A stretch of DNA of 64,000 nucleotides from Betaproteobacteria bacterium Ga0077527 (GTDB lineage: Bacteria; Pseudomonadota; Gammaproteobacteria; Burkholderiales; SG8-41), in assembly GCA_001464815.1 (NCBI GenBank), contig LNDW01000021.1, positions 8,920-72,919 of the forward strand, given 5' to 3'. Every line of letters begins with the position of its first letter. Position 1 is the stretch's first letter. Positions 61,257 to 64,000 of the stretch are shown piece after piece. The notes beneath the pieces are model-generated. The model worked only from the letters and a program-made list of their open reading frames with translations, was not told the DNA's origin and did no database searches. Both the position numbers and the translations under genes were made by a program.

Positions 61257-62377
61257 ACGGCCCTCCAGATCATGTTGCGCAGCGGAATCACCGACTCAAA
61301 GGAACGGTAGCGGTAGCAGCGGTCCTCGCTGGTTGCCGTGGCCACATCAAGACGGGCATAGGTGCCGCCGGACCAGGTGCGCGCGGTGGTGGTCGCGTCG
61401 CAGTTGCCACCCGCCGCGGGTTTCTCGTACACCCCGATCCGGGCCAGCACGCCGATCCGCACGGAAAGCACCTGCTGCCATTGCGCGGCGGTGGTGGGGG
61501 TGGTCGTGGTGTACTGGTCGACGATGCCGTCGTTGGCGGTGCCGCCACCAGCGCCGTTGTCCATGCCGTACTGGGCGCGCAGGTCGACGATGCCATCAAC
61601 GATGTCCAGTGCAGCCGCTCCCGCGGTCTGCAACAGGGCATCGTTGACGCGCAGCTTGTTGTTGTTCACGGAATAGGTGCGCACCGCAGGATTGCCGAGG
61701 TTGAGCATCAGGTCGCCACTGGCGTAGGTGCCGGGGAAGGAGCCCCAAGCGGGCGGGTTGTACGGCGCACTGGCTCCGGGATTCATCTGCAACTTCTGCG
61801 GGCCTGGCTGGACTTGGGTGATCTTCGCCAGCGTACAGCGCGTGGTGCCGGTGGTGTTGACCAGCAGCACCAGATCATTGGCGCGGAAGCCGTAGGTGCC
61901 GTCAACGGTGATTTCCGAGGATTTTGCATTGAATGAAGTGATCTGCGTTGGCATCAGCCGTTCGGCCGAGGTCGAGAACATCACGGTTATGCTGTGCGGA
62001 TTGGTGCCGCTGCTGGAGATGACCACCGGGGCCAGGGTCAGCGTCGGCAAAGGAGAACCGGCGGTGATGCTCGCCGAGTAGTTGGGGTCGTAATACCAGT
62101 CGATGGTGCCGCAACCCAGCGCCGAGGAGCTGGAGATGCCGTAGCCGGCCATGCGGATGTCGCGCTCCATCGTGTACAGGGCAACCAGGCCGCCGGTCTG
62201 GGCGCTGCCTTCGCCGGTGGTTGAGCGGTTGAACTGATCACTCATGATGTAGGCCTGGGTCATCGCCAGGATGCCGACCAGGCCGATCACCACGGCCACC
62301 ATCAGTTCGACCAGACTCAAACCGGATTGACGGTTAGGCAGCATGTGCGGCTCTCCGCGAAGTGGCTTGTTCATCAC
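61253..62377 (-). CDS. pilW: Type IV pilus minor pilin PilW
   Basis: Prepilin-type N-terminus …NRQSG/LSLVELMVAVVIGL…. ATGA overlaps on both sides. An alternative start at 62344 would give a short leader. Confidence 0.82.
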   Translation of the reverse strand: MMNKPLRGEPHMLPNRQSGLSLVELMVAVVIGLVGILAMTQAYIMSDQFNRSTTGEGSAQTGGLVALYTMERDIRMAGYGISSSSALGCGTIDWYYDPNYSASITAGSPLPTLTLAPVVISSSGTNPHSITVMFSTSAERLMPTQITSFNAKSSEITVDGTYGFRANDLVLLVNTTGTTRCTLAKITQVQPGPQKLQMNPGASAPYNPPAWGSFPGTYASGDLMLNLGNPAVRTYSVNNNKLRVNDALLQTAGAAALDIVDGIVDLRAQYGMDNGAGGGTANDGIVDQYTTTTPTTAAQWQQVLSVRIGVLARIGVYEKPAAGGNCDATTTARTWSGGTYARLDVATATSEDRCYRYRSFESVIPLRNMIWRAV

Positions 62378-62799
62378 AGGGAATCATTGATCTGGGCGAC
62401 AGCCTGGTGCCGGCTTGGCGCGGTTTCTCCGGGCCGTTGCCAGGAAACAGTCACCGTGGCCTGGCGGCCGTTGACCACTATGGTCGGGGCATTACCGGCC
62501 GCCGCCCCGGGCAGGGTTTCCTGGACGCTGGAAATCCACGCGGTGCGCTGGGTGGTGCCGGCGCCGGAGGTGGTGTCGTAGGCGCTGATATTGGCCCGGT
62601 CCACCCACATCGTGCCGATGATCTGGTTGGTTAGAAAGCTCGCCTCGGAGCGGTATTTGGCATCGATGGTGTATTGCATCGCGATGCCCTGCATGCCGAT
62701 CAGCGCAAGGATGCCGAGCATGAAAATCAGCAGGCCGATCAGGGCCTCGATCAGCATCACGCCGCGCTGCGTTGAAACCGGGTGTGGGATGGTGGTCAT
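62374..62799 (-). CDS. pilV: Type IV pilus modification protein / minor pilin PilV
   Basis: 141 aa. …STQRG/VMLIEALIGLLIF…. Confidence 0.8.
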   Translation of the reverse strand: MTTIPHPVSTQRGVMLIEALIGLLIFMLGILALIGMQGIAMQYTIDAKYRSEASFLTNQIIGTMWVDRANISAYDTTSGAGTTQRTAWISSVQETLPGAAAGNAPTIVVNGRQATVTVSWQRPGETAPSRHQAVAQINDSL

Positions 62800-62812
62800 G
62801 GCATTGCCTCGT

Positions 62813-63418
62813 TCAACTGCAGTGCCGCGGGTCGGTGGTGGCGGTGACCTTGGGATCGCAGAGCTTGGCGGATCCGCCGGTGCTGATCAGCACACGCAGG
62901 CAGCGCGCAGTGCCGGCGACATTGACATGCTCACATACGGCGGTGGTGTGGGTGAAGTCGATTTGCGTGGTGCCGGCTCCGGAAACGCGACCCAGGCCGT
63001 TGAAGGTCACCAGCCCGCCGCCGGTGGCGGCGATGGTGACCTTGGGCGCGCCGTCACCCAGCGAGTATTTCTGGATGGTGCGCGGCGCGGTGCTGTCGGA
63101 AGCGGCGACATCGCAAAGTCCTGCCGGATTATCAAGGCTGACCACCCAACTGCCGCTGGCCGTGCTCACCGCGCAGGTGGCGGTCATCGTGCTGACGAAC
63201 TGAAAACGTACCGGGGCGTTGCGGCGCACCGCTTCGGCTTTGGCCAGGTTCAGTCCGTTCAGTGCGTTCTCGGCCGCGTTCTTGATCTGCGTATTCTGGA
63301 TGAAGGTCGTGAACGCCGGCAGACCCAGGGACAACAGTACGCCAAACAGGGCCAGCGTGACCACAAGTTCAATGATGGTGAAGCCGCTGCCCCGGCGCTG
63401 CTTGCCGTGTATCAGCAC
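62813..63418 (-). CDS. fimT: GspH/FimT-family minor pilin
   Basis: GTG start. …RRGSG/FTIIELVVTLALFGVLLSLGLPAF… and a GspH-like body. Confidence 0.78.
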   Translation of the reverse strand: MLIHGKQRRGSGFTIIELVVTLALFGVLLSLGLPAFTTFIQNTQIKNAAENALNGLNLAKAEAVRRNAPVRFQFVSTMTATCAVSTASGSWVVSLDNPAGLCDVAASDSTAPRTIQKYSLGDGAPKVTIAATGGGLVTFNGLGRVSGAGTTQIDFTHTTAVCEHVNVAGTARCLRVLISTGGSAKLCDPKVTATTDPRHCS

Positions 63419-63840
63419 GTTTCGCCCTTCTTGGTGACCCAGCAGGTGGTCGAATTGTTCCAGCCGCTGACGCCGGTGAAGGTTGAGGTGCGGGTGTTGG
63501 CGTGATTGATGGTGTAGGAGAAGCCGCCCATGCCTGCGCTGGCAAGGCCGGTGGCGGTACAGGTGAATTCATTGGGTGTGGCAACTACGGCAGTGCAGGC
63601 GTAGCTGAAGTTGCGCGCGTTGCCGATGGCGGCATTGAAGCCGACATAGGTGCGGTTGTCGGAATAATGTTTCTCGGCGCGAAGCCGGAGTTCGCCGAGG
63701 GCGCCGGTGGCTTCGGACACTTTGCCGCGCGTGACGTAATCCGAATATTGGGGCACGGCAATCGCTGCCAGGATGCCGATGATGGCGACCACAACCAATA
63801 CTTCGATCAGCGTGAAACCGTTGATTTGATGCTTGTTCAT
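63412..63840 (-). CDS. pilE: Type IV pilin (PilE-like)
   Basis: Start MNKHQING/FTLIEVLVVVAIIGILAAIAVPQYSDY…; 142 aa. C-terminal Cys pair (…STTCWVTKKGETC). The track ORF is extended 42 codons upstream. Confidence 0.85.
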   Translation of the reverse strand: MNKHQINGFTLIEVLVVVAIIGILAAIAVPQYSDYVTRGKVSEATGALGELRLRAEKHYSDNRTYVGFNAAIGNARNFSYACTAVVATPNEFTCTATGLASAGMGGFSYTINHANTRTSTFTGVSGWNNSTTCWVTKKGETC

Positions 63841-64000
63841 GCGACTCCCCTTTTCTTGCCGGTGAAAGAATAAGGAGATTGTATGCCGGCGTCGCGCACC
63901 GCCGACGGGTGGCCGGATAAGCGGCATCAACGGTAAGACACTGCTTTGTTTCGTGAAAAATGCCACGTTACGAACACACGAAGTTTCGCGACTGGGCGCC

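Overview
This is a high-GC chromosomal segment. Gene content and order (xseB-ispA-dxs-folE-ribBA, ribF-ileS-lspA-ispH, argD-argF-argG, clpS-clpA, a BPH-type proteasome homologue, fccAB) suggest a betaproteobacterium, probably sulfur-oxidising; that assignment is inference. Most of the window is core housekeeping. I found no rRNA, tRNA, CRISPR array, transposase or integrase. Many long ORFs in the track are antisense shadow ORFs, as expected in GC-rich DNA. Five regions stand out. (1) 22.3-25.2 kb holds a DUF302-TetR-AhpD-like-GrdB-like operon. Both enzyme genes are interrupted by an in-frame TGA at the redox-motif Cys position (CxxU and UxxC). The second TGA is followed at 11 nt by a 17-nt hairpin with SECIS-like geometry, so these are probably two selenoproteins in an orphan context. 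(2) 14.1-22.0 kb holds an ArsS-type radical-SAM cluster with two transferases, DUF547, a TVP38-FAD disulfide reductase fusion, a degenerate metallophosphoesterase and an SSS transporter, but no arsM. (3) 1.5-1.9 kb holds a tandemly duplicated small-ORF module with 99 nt of perfect identity, where a 14-nt indel puts the two conserved ATGs in different frames. (4) 4.7-6.1 kb holds a monocistronic 458-aa protein I cannot place in any family, sitting next to aceB. (5) 55-64 kb holds a type IV pilus minor-pilin operon with a 1627-aa PilY1 carrying an internal duplicated domain and a trailing TonB_C gene. Minor items are a low-GC islet with an orphan XRE regulator, REP/MITE-like repeats and recurrent A/T-only tracts at gene junctions.
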